Below are positions 51,155 to 64,000 of a stretch of DNA of 64,000 nucleotides, piece by piece. Made by a program: the position numbers and the translations under genes. A model generated the notes under the pieces. The model was not told where the DNA came from, ran no database searches, and worked only from the letters and a program-made list of their open reading frames with translations. The stretch is from NCBI GenBank assembly GCA_963924565.1, contig OZ004610.1:9300001-9364000 (forward strand), in the 5' to 3' direction. The first letter of the stretch is position 1, and each line of letters opens with the position of its first letter. This DNA comes from Ascidiella aspersa. Taxonomy: Eukaryota.

Positions 51155-54100
51155 CTGCAAATTGTTCGTTCAAGTTTGGTTTAAGGTGTTTAGGTGATAG
51201 GTATGCTCGTAGGTATGGTGCTGCTTGTTTATTGATTTGCCTTAACGTATTATATTATTATCATGAATAACAGATATGAATTTTAGGTTATTAAGATTTT
51301 TAAACAGATGTATACTTTTCGAAAATGGCAGGACAAAAGATTTACTCAGCCAAATACATAAAGACAAATGGCTTCGAAGTACCAGTAATTCGTCATAACT
51401 AACTGTTAGGTAAGAAAATATTCAGGATCCATGCTGCACAATGCCTCCCATGATGCTTACAACCAGGCGCATGGACAGTACCAATTTCAAAACCGGTAAG
51501 GCCGTAAACTGTGAACCACGTATTTTTGTTGGGTCAGTTATATGACCCCTTAAATAAAAATCCTATTTTAGTTCTGTCAATATAGGTGGAATATAGGCTG
51601 TATAAAGTCGGAGTCGGACTTGAAGATAATGACTTTAGTCGGAGTTCGGGAGTCTAGCTCAAGTTTATTTTTTCGGCTGGATTTGAAATATAACCCGCAG
51701 CCCTGCTTATAACAAAGAGTATAGTTATCGATAAAACTGCCCTTTCCAAAGTCCAAGCTGCCCTTTTAAAAAAACAAAATCATCTTCTCACGCCGTTACC
51801 ACAAAACCCAGCATTACAATGCTGTACACAGCATTCACGCCTTTATACGATGTGAACGAACCGCGGGCCAGCGTTAACCTCATCGTCATTTTATGCTCTC
51901 ACCTCGTGGCGCGACGGTGTAGACTGTCTCCATGCCGAGCCTGACGTGTTGGAAGACATGACAGTGGAGCAGCCACTCGCCCACCGCCACCGTGCGCATG
52001 TCCATCGTGCCGAAGAAGCCCGGGAACACGTCGAACACGTCACCCCTGTAGCTGCCGTCCGTGCTGCGAGGAATCAATAGATTTTCACAATCAAGAAAAA
52101 AAAGGAACCGGTGTCCATTTCATAATAGAAAAAAGAGAACACAGTGAAAACCCCCATAAACGACCATAGCCTATTAAACATCGAGAGAACCAGCGGACGC
52201 TCAAGTTGAATTTACGCCTGTCTAGGTCCAAGTTACAAAAAATAGTTTGTCGTTAGCCACCGTTATTTTCGCTTAGTGTTTTTGGTCCCGTTAGAATATA
52301 CATCGATTAATTATTAGTAACCTTACCCGCCCTCGTGTTTTTGTAACCAATTATTATTTTGAACTAGAATTTGCTTTGCGGGCCGGGTCAGCAGTGCTGC
52401 ATTTTTATCTACAGCAGGTTAGCGTTCTGACTAGGACCACAATAGTATGAAAATATATTCAAATTTTGCAGTGGAAGGCAAACAACACAATGTTCAAAGG
52501 GTCGTATTAGTTTTAGCTTTCTGCATAATTTTCAAACATTGTAACTTCTGTCTCATAATAAGCAAGGTCGAAATTTGGGTGCGTAAAGTTCATTTTTACG
52601 GCGAAATGCACACTTACATAAGTTTGAATGTGTTAGCGTGGAAGTGAACCGAATGGTAATCCTTCTCGTTTCCCCAGCCAATCAAATGCCACCGCACGAT
52701 GTCGTCCTGGAGCATTTGCAAGCCGCCCACGTGAAATAGGAATCCGTTGATGGCTGTAAAACAGCGAATATGGTTAAATACTTGTATATGATTTCGTATA
52801 AGCAATTCCGAATTTTTTTTTTGGTTCCGAGGTCCACAGAAAACAAGGGCGGATATTAAATATATGAAAACATACTTGGTCAACAAAACTTCTAAAAATC
52901 AGAGACACTCATATTGCCTCCTGGCAGAAGTTTGCCAGGCCAACTCAGTTGAACTTTTATTACGTGACTAAAGATTGTTCTATCTCAGTTTTGCCGTTAC
53001 CAATGGCCCCTCGAAAAAGTTTTTATACTTGGGAAATGTTCGAGTATATTCTTGTTGAGCAAAGTTGAATTACAAACCTTATAAATATATATAATAATTA
53101 GTGTAAGATTTGACCAAAATACAAACAAAGTTCACATCGTGTGCTTTTATAATGTTTTTTATTCTCTTTGGCTTTATTGCAGTGATGATACAGCTTTTTG
53201 CACGGGGAAAAACACGGAGAAAAAAATTACTGCTCAAATGTTTAGGAGGTGATGCTGCGTCTAATAAGAAGCATACCTCGAACTCACCCATCATTTTGTT
53301 TGACTCCACAAAAGCGCCGTTTTTCTTGTTGAAGCTGGATGGGTCGGTTCCGATGTACAAGCGAATGTTGTCATCCAGGTAGTGACTGAGGTTCTCGTCG
53401 ACGATGTAAAATTGCAGGAAGAACTCTTTGTCAATTTCAGCGTTGTCGATCTTTCCTAAAACAAAATACAAGAGGGAGTTACGAGTTGCCTGTCTTCCAT
53501 TGCTCTATAGTAAAAGTTAACGTATATATATATATGATGAAATCTATACTAAAAGTGTTCAACGTATATATGTGTGATGAAATCTCTAGTAAAAGTGTTC
53601 AACGTATATATATGTGATGAAATCTCTAGTAAAAGTGTTCAACGTATATATATACGTGACGAAATCTCTAGTAAAAGTGTTAAACGTATACATATGTTAT
53701 GAAATATCTAGTAAAAGTGTTTAACGTATGTGAGTATGTGATGAAATACAATACAGTATTGCACTTTATTATCAGATTATTTTAACAGATGCTACAGGCA
53801 TTGTAAACTCTCTAATAACTACTAAACCTAAATGAATTCACCTGGCCTGCAAACGACTAGTGGACCCATCAATCCATCGGCGACGTCAGCCGCTCTGTCC
53901 ACTGAAGACACGTAAATGAAGGACAAGCAACTCGGCTGCTTGCCAGTGGGCGACGCCGATTCTGGAACCTACGAAAATATGACGAGTTGAGGTTGAGCTC
54001 TTTAGGCTACATTTACACGCTATGTTAGCCTGTATTTTTTATAAGGTAACGCGAATTTTCACGCTTGTCTACAAGTCCGGTTAAGAAATTTTATGTTTCA

Positions 54101-57100
54101 AGTGGCAATAGAAAGTCTATTCACATTACCTGCTCAAATGTGCTGATCCTGAATGATCATATTTGTTATACGAATATTTATTTTATTCACCAAGCATCGA
54201 ACAGTCAAGTCGGAAAAGACATGTATTACCATCATAGGTATTTTAATTTTTAAAAGAACTTCTTTACCTTCCACTGGTATTCCTTTACTTCACCAGGCGC
54301 AACTGAGTGGTTGTGTATAGTGTACGCGGCGTCGAATGCTCCCCACGGATGCATGTTGTATGGTCGATTGGCTTTGTTCCAAAACGTCACCTATGCATTA
54401 TAACGATATGCTAACTGTAACCAGAGCATCAAACTCTTAGAAGCTTTACAGCATAATTATATTCGAAGAACATACAGGTGATGTTAAAACTAAATTTTCA
54501 TTAAATTTTACCTTAAAGGCTTAGTGTCACCAATAGATATCTACCAAACAATGTCGCCACCAGTCGTTTTTCCATATCGAAGCCCTTATGCTACAATTTT
54601 TAAAGCAACCGACCTCTGACATATCAACTATTGAAATGAACTTACATGTATAGTATCGCCCACTTCTGCCCGGATCGCCGGTCCTAATATTCCCATGTGT
54701 TCTGGAGTTGGCGTGCGAACGGTAAAGGTGTCGTCGGTGTAGCCAACGTACAAAACCTTCTTGTACACCGAACCTGCAAAACAACCATTTAAGTTGCTGT
54801 AGATAATAAATCACTAGAGGCTCACACTTACAAAAATAGAAATTACCTGGTTCGAAATTTTAATGAGAAAGTGAACAAGTTGTTTACAAGGGTTAGAAAT
54901 ATGTCCGATAATTGACTTTGTAATCCGATAAATTTTATTACCATCAGTTGTCAACCGACTATTTTGTTGATAAATATACCTTTCAAGGTAACAATTGCTG
55001 CATAAAATACCTATATTAATTTAGTATCGTATCGGTAACGACACTACCACTTAGCATTAGGTATCGGATCGGATCCGATATTATCGGACTTATCTAGTTG
55101 CAAGTTAGTCAGACAATGCTTGGGTTTCGTGTACAAAAAAATTATCAAAAGTGAGGGCACGGGATATGGCGATTTTCAGGAAGCTTTCTTATGAAACGCA
55201 TCAGCTGTATAATACACAAATAACATCAAAGCAGCAAACCTATAGTCTTCCCGGGAATCCTGTGCAGGTGCTCGTAACCGTAGTTGCCCACCACGTTTAC
55301 CGAGTCGCCCATCGTGTTCTTCCCGGAAGGATTGTAGTTCCACATTACTTCCTCTGCGGCGATGTAGTAACGACGAACTGTGCCCTTCGCTGCGCTATTT
55401 ATTGTAGTTGTGCTGTCTTTGATCATGGCAGGGGATTCGTTGTTGCACGTCTTTGCCTGTAAAGATTGGCGGATGCAACCGTTGATTTATATTAAAAAAA
55501 ATGGGGATTAAAGCGAGAAAGTAGGCTACCTTAACAAGTAAACGCTGTGACACTTTTTTGAAGAAACTGTGAAGAGTTTGCCTTATTTACATTGGTGTTT
55601 TAGTATAACATTTTGTTTCTTGATTAAATCGGAAAGCTAAACCGCAATCAAAATTTTAAAAGATAAAATATGCTACTTTAAATGATTAACTTTTGCAACT
55701 TTCTATGTCACCATCATGCCATAAAACCCAAATAGTCGGGCCTACATTTAAACTATGTATAGTGCTCATGCAAAGCGATTTTTAGAAATCGCTTACAACC
55801 AGTTAAACGCACCTCGAAAATGGTGAAGAGTCCGGCCTTAATGTGATCCATAAGACTGCAGAAGAGAACACCCGCACCGGTCTGTTCCGCTCTGACCGTC
55901 ACAGTTTGTGAAGTGTGGGCGAACAGGTTAATCGCGCCCGTGCTCACGCCGCTAAAAACGCAAAGAGGCTTCGTTTTTGTGGTAATTTCTTTAGTATTTC
56001 GTCCGGCTACGAAAGTAAGATTAGGTAAAACGTGTATGTTTTTGCAACTAAAAGCTTACTTGATTACGTGTTTGACAATTTTTGTTGCCTTAGATAAAAC
56101 TTATAAACTGATTAGATTGGAATAATACTAATTTGATTCATTTATTTTTTGAAGATTTTTAAACGACAATCATGGCCCACGGTTTTAAGGTGGTGTGCAA
56201 GAGCCTTTCTTTAGGCATATTGAGTTGATTTTTACTGATATTAAGTGTTGTAATGAGTTAAGTCAATGACTTGGGTTTTGAATTGACACAAATCTTTCTG
56301 GCAAATTACTTGACTTGGACTCAAGTCATTGAGTCCAATGACTTGGGTTAAATTAAGTGTTTTCACTTAACATTATGTTGTTTTTAATACATTTGAGTTG
56401 AATTGTTTCTCATAATCCAACGAGTTTAACAATGTTGATGGTTTATCATTTATTTTTTATTTTAGTGGTTCGACTTTGAGTTGACTTGGTCTGGGACTTA
56501 ACTTGTATTTTGTAAACGACTTTGGTTGATATGAGTAAGGTGATGTTACGAAATGTCAAGTGGTATACATAGGAGACAAATGAATTACTTCTATTAAAAT
56601 AAATTGTGTCGTTTGTTGTAATTTGTAAAGTGTTTTTTTTTTACCCAACGATTAGTCTTTGAACTAGGCCTATATATTTAATTTTTAGTAACTATGTATA
56701 GTTGTTACTCGGCAACAACAATTGTGCAGTTGCTTCGGAACTGTTATCCAAAAATACCTAACGCAGTGGCGGTTAATCAAGTTTATTGAACAGTTTTACT
56801 GAATAAATCGAGTTTATTTAAGTTCGACTTACGCCAACTTGCCGACAGCTCTCTTTGCGCGTTTACCCCCAATAAATACATACATTATTGCTTTGCCATG
56901 TCCAACGCTTTGCCGCGGCTTCCTGTCATTAGCGCCAAGTAAGCGTAATATCCTCAACGCGGGCGCTCAGCATTAACAGGAGCTGTCAGCGTTAATGCAT
57001 TCAGTCTACGTAGGTCTACGCATGTTATCCTATATAACCAGGTAACGCGCCACGCGCCGAACAGGAAAAAACACATTCGGGCGCAAAGGTAACATCGCCA

Positions 57101-60100
57101 CATAGGAAGTCGCTCTTACTTAATTTTGACGTTGACGCCGTCGAACTTAATGGCGTGAATGTCGAACTTGGTGCCGACCGCAACTAGATGAAAGGTCGTG
57201 TCCTCGTCCACGCAAACGTCGACGCCAAACAGGTTGCCGAACAGCCGGCCGTTGATTGCTGAACATGAAACGTCGAACAGTTTTAGTAACCGTTTGCTGT
57301 TGCCATACAACTAATTCAAGAAATTTTCAGCGCCGAAATTTGATCTTACAGTCGAGTCGAAACTTGCTACAAAAATTCTACACCATTACTTGGTCAGTGG
57401 AATAAACGTTTAACAGGGTAGTCCAGTTCAAACCGATTACTCGGGTGAAACATGCTGCCCATATATGAATAAGATATGTAATTTGGCATGTTATCGTTCC
57501 TATAATTTTAGGGAACTGGAAACTAGAACTGCTTGGCTACATCTGCATTGCCAAGTTGTCAACAAAATCTTCGCCCATATGTATATAAAAGATGCTAGGT
57601 TTGATATAACTTGTGTTCTTTTCCCCGGCCTGCTGACAATACAGACCAAGTGTTGACAAAATCAACCTTCTAATAATCGTACCGTTAGACTTTATAAAAT
57701 ATTTCAGTTATGAAAGATTCTCACAATGCATTTGGTTTGGCTCAGTCGGAATCTTCTTTCCCGCTGTGGGAACAAACATCTTCATGTTCTCCTCGAAGTA
57801 CCAGCTCTTGTTCTCTTCAAACACGGTGGCAAGCAGATATCGGTTGCGTTTAGCCATTTCTTTCTTGAGCGTTCCTGGTGATTTGGAAAATCGCATCATT
57901 AAACTTTATCTGGTTGAGACATGATATTTACCACTTAACGTTTGGTAACACTCGAAAATTACCCCATGCGTTGTTAAAGTTTTTCGTTATATTTAACAGA
58001 CGTCTGCGTTTTTTTGTTTAATTTGGCATTTCAGCTGTTCTAAATATTGGCCAACTTTATATCACGAATAACGTTTACGCAATTGCACTTTGTTTTGTTG
58101 TCCATTTCTTTAATTCAGTAGCAAAACAGTGTTTGAAAAGCATTTGATACCTCGCTTGCAGACCACCAACGGTCCTATTAGGCCGGCGTTAGAGTCAGCA
58201 ATGTATTCGAGTGCCGACGTGTAGAGATAGGTGATGCAGTCCGGGTCGTTGCTACCTGGGCTTACCGAATCGGGCAGTGTCCTGCAGAGATTTGTTGGAT
58301 AAAGATTGCTTTTTTTCAGCGTAAAAGTGGCAACAAGTTGATTGAACTTACCAGGTGTAAGTGTGTTTTTGACCCGGCATTGTAGCGTCTGATTCGGTGA
58401 AGTAAATGCCGTGCGGTTCGATGTTGAAAGCCTGCAAAACATCCCAAATATATTTTTTTACCAATGTTTCAGTTCAGTGCTCATGACAACCAGTTGCCGC
58501 TAAAATCTTTAACGTGCGAGCTTGCTTGCCGTGTTTTTTTTCATGATTGGTATGTCAACTGAACGCTTTGTCGGGCCATTGAAAGACGAAACCCGAAAAA
58601 TCGCCTTGAGAATCTATCTTACATTTTATACATTTATTAGCAGTTCAACAGACAAAACATGGCCGGATTTAGGCAAGATGATTTAATCTGCTTCTTATGC
58701 TTTGTGTAGCATAATAGAAGTTTGTAAGCATAAAGCTTCACTTAGGAGCTCTGTAGCCTGGTTTAACAAAGCAGTATTCTCCTGGAAAGACGTTCGGCGG
58801 GATTGATCAGAGCTATAGTTTTGAAGATATTAAAAACTAGCGCTGAACAAACAGCCGGTCGTGGCAACTTACGTGCTTGGCGGCCGTGTTTTTAAATAGG
58901 ACTTTGACGGTGTCGCCGACCTCGGCCGATATCACGGGCCCGATGATGCCCATGTCGTCTGTGCGTGGCGTCGGCTCCGCGAAAGCGCTTGTCTTGTAAC
59001 CGCGAAAGACCGCTTTTTTGTAAACACCCCCGATCTTGTTCGAGGACCGTGCGAAGTAGGTTGCCGAGTGTCTGTGTGGCGAAGCGAATAAAAATTATCT
59101 TGGTTTCTGCGTCGCGTGAAAATCGGTATATTAATTGGGGGCGGCCTAAAACGAAGAAGATTCGATTCGGGTCCTTGCTTAATGTTATTTTATGTTAAGT
59201 AAGATCAGCCAAACGAGATGCTTAGACATTTTACGTTGTTGTTTACAACACTTTTATATAATAGTGTTATCAACGCTTGGTTGAATACATTTTAACTAAC
59301 CACGAACGGAGCATTGTGGAACGCGATTAATTGTTATGTCTAAAATATTTAACTCGAAAAATGCACTTTGGACGGCTGGAGTGTTGTTAAGTTCCACTAT
59401 AGGGCAAATCGGGTATCATGCTATAGCAGCCTAAACGATACAATACAGCATCGTTAAACAAAGTATAAATTGGAAAAGAGCGTAAGTAATTTTTTATAAC
59501 TAACATCCCGATGCACTGAATACATCAATAAGTTTAAACCTAACTTATCAGTGAACTGGATACACCTTTCAGGACGCTAAGTTTTAGCTATCACGTTAGC
59601 ATGCTAACTTTTTCATATACAATTACATATGACGAGAACAACGTACGTTCCACTCGCATTGAGAACTTCCTCTGTCAGTTGGTTGAATCCACTTGGTCCG
59701 TAATCCCACATCACCTCCTCTGCAGTGATGAAGTACTCCCGGACCTTTCCCGAGAGCCCGGTGGTGGGTGAGGAAGATGATGGCTTCTTGCATCCGGCAT
59801 CCACTTCCAGCAGTGCGTTCATACCCTCTGCGTCAACATTACTTTTGCTTGTACGATTGAAAGGGGACACGTGCATAGAAAAGTTTTATAACAAAAAGAT
59901 GGTGGAATAAAAATGAGCCTTCACATTCTAAATCAATCTTATATGAAAATTTTCATTAATAATTTCAAATAAATAGTTTGCCTTGGCACGGATGGTGAAA
60001 AACAAGCGATTCTTTTTGGAGTAGTTAAAATTAAATTATCATTGAAATTATTCTAATAAGAATGAATTTTATCTATCTTCCATAAACAAACCAATTTTAG

Positions 60101-63080
60101 GTTTCCAAGTTCTGTACTCAATTTGAACGTTCACTGGAAGAGAAATCACAGTCGTATGTTTTAACCACAGTTTGTATAGGATAGGCTTTGTTATTTTTGG
60201 TTACTTATGACCGCTTTCAGTCCCGTTAAAACATTTATCGATTTTTGATACGACAAGGAGTACTATTTTACCGGTGTAATGGCTGTACAGCTTGCAGGCA
60301 ATGATCCATCGGCCGGGGTTGTCCGCATTCATGATCGCCGTTACGAAGGTGGCTGGAATCATGATGAAGGAATCCTTGCGGTGTCTATGATGGGACACCT
60401 GGGTCGAAATTGATGATTTGGTTCAGTTTATGTTGTATGCACAAAGTTCTAAGTTATTTGATCGCTAACTTGTGTTGTCAGTTTGCACATTTTTAAAGAT
60501 AATCCTACAGATCTACACCTAACTCTGTGTAACGGATTACCGGACTACAAAGCTATTACGAAAGGCACGATTAAGGTCGCTTTTATGCAAAAAACATTTA
60601 TTTTATGTGTAGCTTGTTCCAAATACTGTTACTGTTGGCTTTACAAATTTTAATACAAATTAAAAATTACTTCATCATTTGATTCACCTTTTTTAACTGG
60701 TCGTTTATATTTCTTATTTGCAAAATTCTCTAATTGAGACTGTGCGAGTGTGCGTTAATAGCCTCAAAGTAGATAGGTGGCAACCAGCTTCAATATATAC
60801 CGGTATATATATATAGGCCTACATTTTTATTAAGTACCAAAATACGAAAATCGTTAATTTGATTTAAATCGTGTCACCATGAGATTACTGATTCATCAAA
60901 ATCCACCAAGTCAGTCGCACATTTACTTACGGTCTGTCCTTGAAACTGGATGGGATGCAGGTCGCGGTTCGATCCCATACCTATGATTTGCCAGCTGATG
61001 GTGTCGCCCTGGCACACCTGGTAACCTGGTGTGTTGCCGAACATGAGACCGTTCACGGTGTGCATCTTGTTGCCCTTCTGGAAGAGCGAATCTTTTACCA
61101 CGTCGGGATTTGCACCGGGCATAAACATCTGGGCAACAAGTTAAAAGTCGTCGTAATTGCGATCGATGGAGAAAAATCAACCCTAATTGAGTTCTCGAAC
61201 TCGGCACGAGAAAATATTTTTAACAAAGTGATAGAATCAAGTGATTTTGCAAACAGTTGCAAACCTATTTTTTTTTTCAATCTAAATTATGGTGAATCGA
61301 AAATGCTTATTTATCGAAACAAAATAGGGAAAATTACGAGCTAATAAAAAATTGGAACGAGCTACTAATAACACGCTTTGCATGACGAAATAGGTTGTTT
61401 GCGGTGACCTATCTTATTATTAAGGAAGTAACATGTTTTTCCCAATAAAAAGTGTTATTTATCTATGAGCATTTTTCGCCTTCTGTAATATAAATTGCGC
61501 ACACATTAGAACCAACCTCCATGTTGTCCTTGAAATACCAGCTCATCTTTTCGTGATCGATGAAAAACATGGCGACGAACTCATGGTCGACGTCTCTCCG
61601 TTTCATGTTCTTGTCGTAGGTTCCTTTGAAAAAAAGGCCAAATAAAATCGCTCGTCGGAATTTTGCGTTAGGCCTTTCACGTAATAACTGTGTAATAGGG
61701 TGATAGTAACAGGTAAAAGAACGCCTAAAAAGCCTAAAAACATCTAATTTTTGAGTTCATTTCTTCCCCGAGGAACAGCATGAAAAGTACTTTTATCGTA
61801 CGTTTTATAGTTACATTCGAAGTTGTATTTTCCTAACATTTATGTTTTTGAGTCTCCCTTTAACATTGGGAGTCGTTGAATATTTTTTATTGCAAAAAAT
61901 CAACCAAGGTAATAAATCACCATTAAAGGTCTTCAACTATCTATATATACCTCCTCGTCAAAGGATGGCCCACCGTTTGTCCAAAACTGCTACCCTACAA
62001 GAAACGCGTATTTATTGCCATATTTGGAAACGAGACAATGGTGATATTACAACAAACAAGACTTTTGCCACGTCACCAATACCAGTCATCTCACCTGGCC
62101 TGCAAACGATTAGGGCTCCAATCAGGCCGGTGTGAACGTCACGTGACGAGTCGACGTGGGAGTGATAGGTCCACGTCATGCAGTTTGGGTCATCGGGAGC
62201 TGGGCCGAAGCTTTGAACAAGGATGTTTTAGCACGTGTACTTCAACGTATTACGTTTTTAACTCGGATTTTTAACGTTGGAAGGTACCTTTGCGCGCGTT
62301 TAGTCTTAACTAACTGAACAACTACTGTACATTTAGATGGAGAGCGACATTGTGAAAACTTGCTTTGGTGTTTCTACCTTGTATTAAAACTGTGTGTTAG
62401 TGAAATAGGCTTACATATAAGATGTATATAACAACGTCGTTTTTTTGTGATATAACAGATGACTTGCTCCAATTGTATAGTGCAGGTGCTTTCACACAGT
62501 ATTTTTAATTGGTTAGATTTGACTATAAGTTCGTATGAGGATGATTTCTTTAGCAATTTCACCGTGAAAAATCATTTTCAGAGATTCATCCGTATAAACT
62601 TACAGATGTGTATCAAAGAGGATTTTAAGAATGAAACCAAAAGATGAGCACTCTCGAAATTTTGTCCGCTCATAATTTGTCCGTTTTCTTTGATGTATAC
62701 TGATGCGTGTCCGTATGTCGCCGTTCGCCTTAAGCCCAATCGCACTCAAATCACTCACCCGGGTTGTCTTTTTACCGAAATAGGCCAAGAAAAGTATGCC
62801 AAAAAAAAAACGCAAAAGCGCTTCCGTTCATAGAACGAATACGAAAGCGTACATTAGGCCTAGGGTACAGGGCAAGTCACCCTCGAATCACTCACTCGGG
62901 CCTGGCGTGCCAGACGTAGGTGTAGCGACCACCAGGTGGCACACTGTCGCCGCTGGTGTTGGCCGTGTTATCGTTGTACATCGCGCCTTCGTTGGCCTTC
63001 GTGTAGAAGACTCCGTGCGGGTGGGCCGAGTAGTTGCGTGACGCGTTGTTGAACAGGTGGACGATGATTCGGTCGCCAAC
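50610..63080 (-). CDS. Ceruloplasmin/hephaestin-like multicopper oxidase, copy B (5'-truncated by the window), with predicted C-terminal LRR exon
   Basis: Minus-strand exons: 63080-62896, 62210-62095, 61623-61517, 61128-60931, 60398-60272, 59827-59647, 59071-58873, 58431-58352, 58281-58151, 57874-57725, 57258-57120, 55951-55813, 55456-55240, 54773-54646, 54390-54268, 53968-53842, 53455-53288, 52753-52618, 52063-51903, 51154-50610. Intron positions match copy A, as do most exon lengths (185, 116, 107, 127, 181, 199, 80, 131, 139, 139, 128, 127, 136, 161 nt). Motifs [47 protein letters not shown]. Confidence 0.92.
53505..53745. repeat. Minisatellite, ~40-bp unit, ~6 copies, in an oxidase-B intron
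   Basis: AATCTCTAGTAAAAGTGTTCAACGTATATATATGTGATGA repeated with variable TA count. Confidence 0.9.
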
Positions 63081-64000
63081 CTACGTACACGACTGGTAAA
63101 AACGACCTGGGTTACCTTGTAGCCTTTTTGGGGCGCTTTGACTAAGAAATACGCTAAATTTAGGCTTATCGCGCTCATAAGGTTGGGTGGCTTGCGGGTT
63201 TATACATTGAATTTTACCAATATGGACATGTTCTCTTGTAGCTTAAATTATTATTGTTGCCCTAACAAATACACCTGCCCTATTTCGTAAAAAGGTGTTG
63301 TTTTTTTAATAGTTTTTCGAAAAATGTGTACCAAATAAATTGTGAAAAGGGAAAATACCTGCAGATGGAAAGTTAAAATTAGTTTATCGCGGCCCAAGCT
63401 TCAAATTAGGCCTACCACAACTGTAAAAAATAGCCTAATAGAACTACTTTGAGGATTCTAAGTGCGACCTTGTGGGGCTGTGGTTGTCCCAAATGTTTTT
63501 TAATCCGTTTCAAACTGTTTTATTTTTTACAACTGCCTTTTCAATGTAGCGCAGGATCCATGCAAACCAAAGTTTTTCACCTATTAAATTCAAACATGTC
63601 TTCTTAATAGATGGGTTTTATACCGTTTTGTGGTAGACACAGAGGTATGATATAGGGCAAGGCTATATTGAAACGTAAATTTTTCAACGAAATTTAAAAT
63701 CACAATTATTTTATTTCGCAAACAAAAAATGTCGTTTTCACTCAGGATATATTACTCGCCTAAAAATTTAGCCGATTAATCAATGGATTACGTTTATGGT
63801 CAATGAAGGACGTATTAGCATACAAAGTGCGGCGTGAAGTTAAAATGCGTAAAGCGGATTATATTACGTTTGTCTGACTATAATTACATTTGCGCTTTCA
63901 ACCTAAAGTCGTCCAGCAAGTTGTATATCTCGGAATGTGCCGTGAGTCACTAAGTAGCAACGAAACATTTCCATACAAGATCATGTCTATTTTCAAGCCA

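Noticed and set aside
49729-51173. Two independent intronless LRR genes
   Set aside because: A has no ATG before its Cys cap and a stop just upstream. Neither has a signal peptide despite extracellular-type Cys caps. Both start at acceptors whose phase matches the oxidase donors. B does have an ATG right after the acceptor, so independence is not formally excluded.
49866-51270. Antisense ORFs over the LRR exons (and similar ones over other exons)
   Set aside because: Shadow ORFs of GC-rich coding sequence with no recognisable motifs.
61951-61994. Extra exon-like segment in an oxidase-B intron (ttcttgtag ... GAG|gtatat on -)
   Set aside because: All acceptor choices give a stop or frameshift in the required phase, and the flanking exons already join as in copy A.
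32328-63080. Assigning gene symbols CP/HEPH, or coagulation factor V/VIII
   Set aside because: Full copper ligand sets and no B or discoidin domains exclude FV/FVIII. Lack of a TM plus a lineage-specific duplication prevents one-to-one naming without a phylogeny.

Overview
Eukaryotic, intron-rich animal DNA with AT-rich introns full of short DNA-transposon relics. An invertebrate chordate such as an ascidian is a plausible source, but this is inference only. I spliced three genes by hand, with phase-consistent junctions. (1) The 3' part of a class-B-like plexin on + (1001-30478): IPT domains, RQRR furin site, TM, split GAP/RBD and a C-terminal PDZ ligand. (2) A complete six-domain ceruloplasmin/hephaestin-family multicopper oxidase on + (32328-50169). 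(3) Its inverted paralog on - (63080-50610, 5' end outside the window), tail-to-tail with gene 2. Main finding: the two apparently free-standing LRR ORFs between the oxidases look like their terminal exons. In both paralogs a phase-1 donor just after cupredoxin domain 6 matches a phase-1 acceptor opening a basic, Cys-capped ~4-repeat LRR module. This predicts a secreted multicopper oxidase-LRR fusion, with the LRR in the position where hephaestin has a TM anchor. Both copies keep the trinuclear-cluster and type-1 His/Cys ligands but have lost domain-6 Fe(II)-site residues, and they differ at one type-1 axial ligand (Met vs Leu). Also present: a candidate regulated plexin cassette exon, duplicated splice acceptors, a GC-AG intron, several TIR/TSD-bounded MITEs and minisatellites. 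Coordinates were counted by hand and may be off by a base or two.
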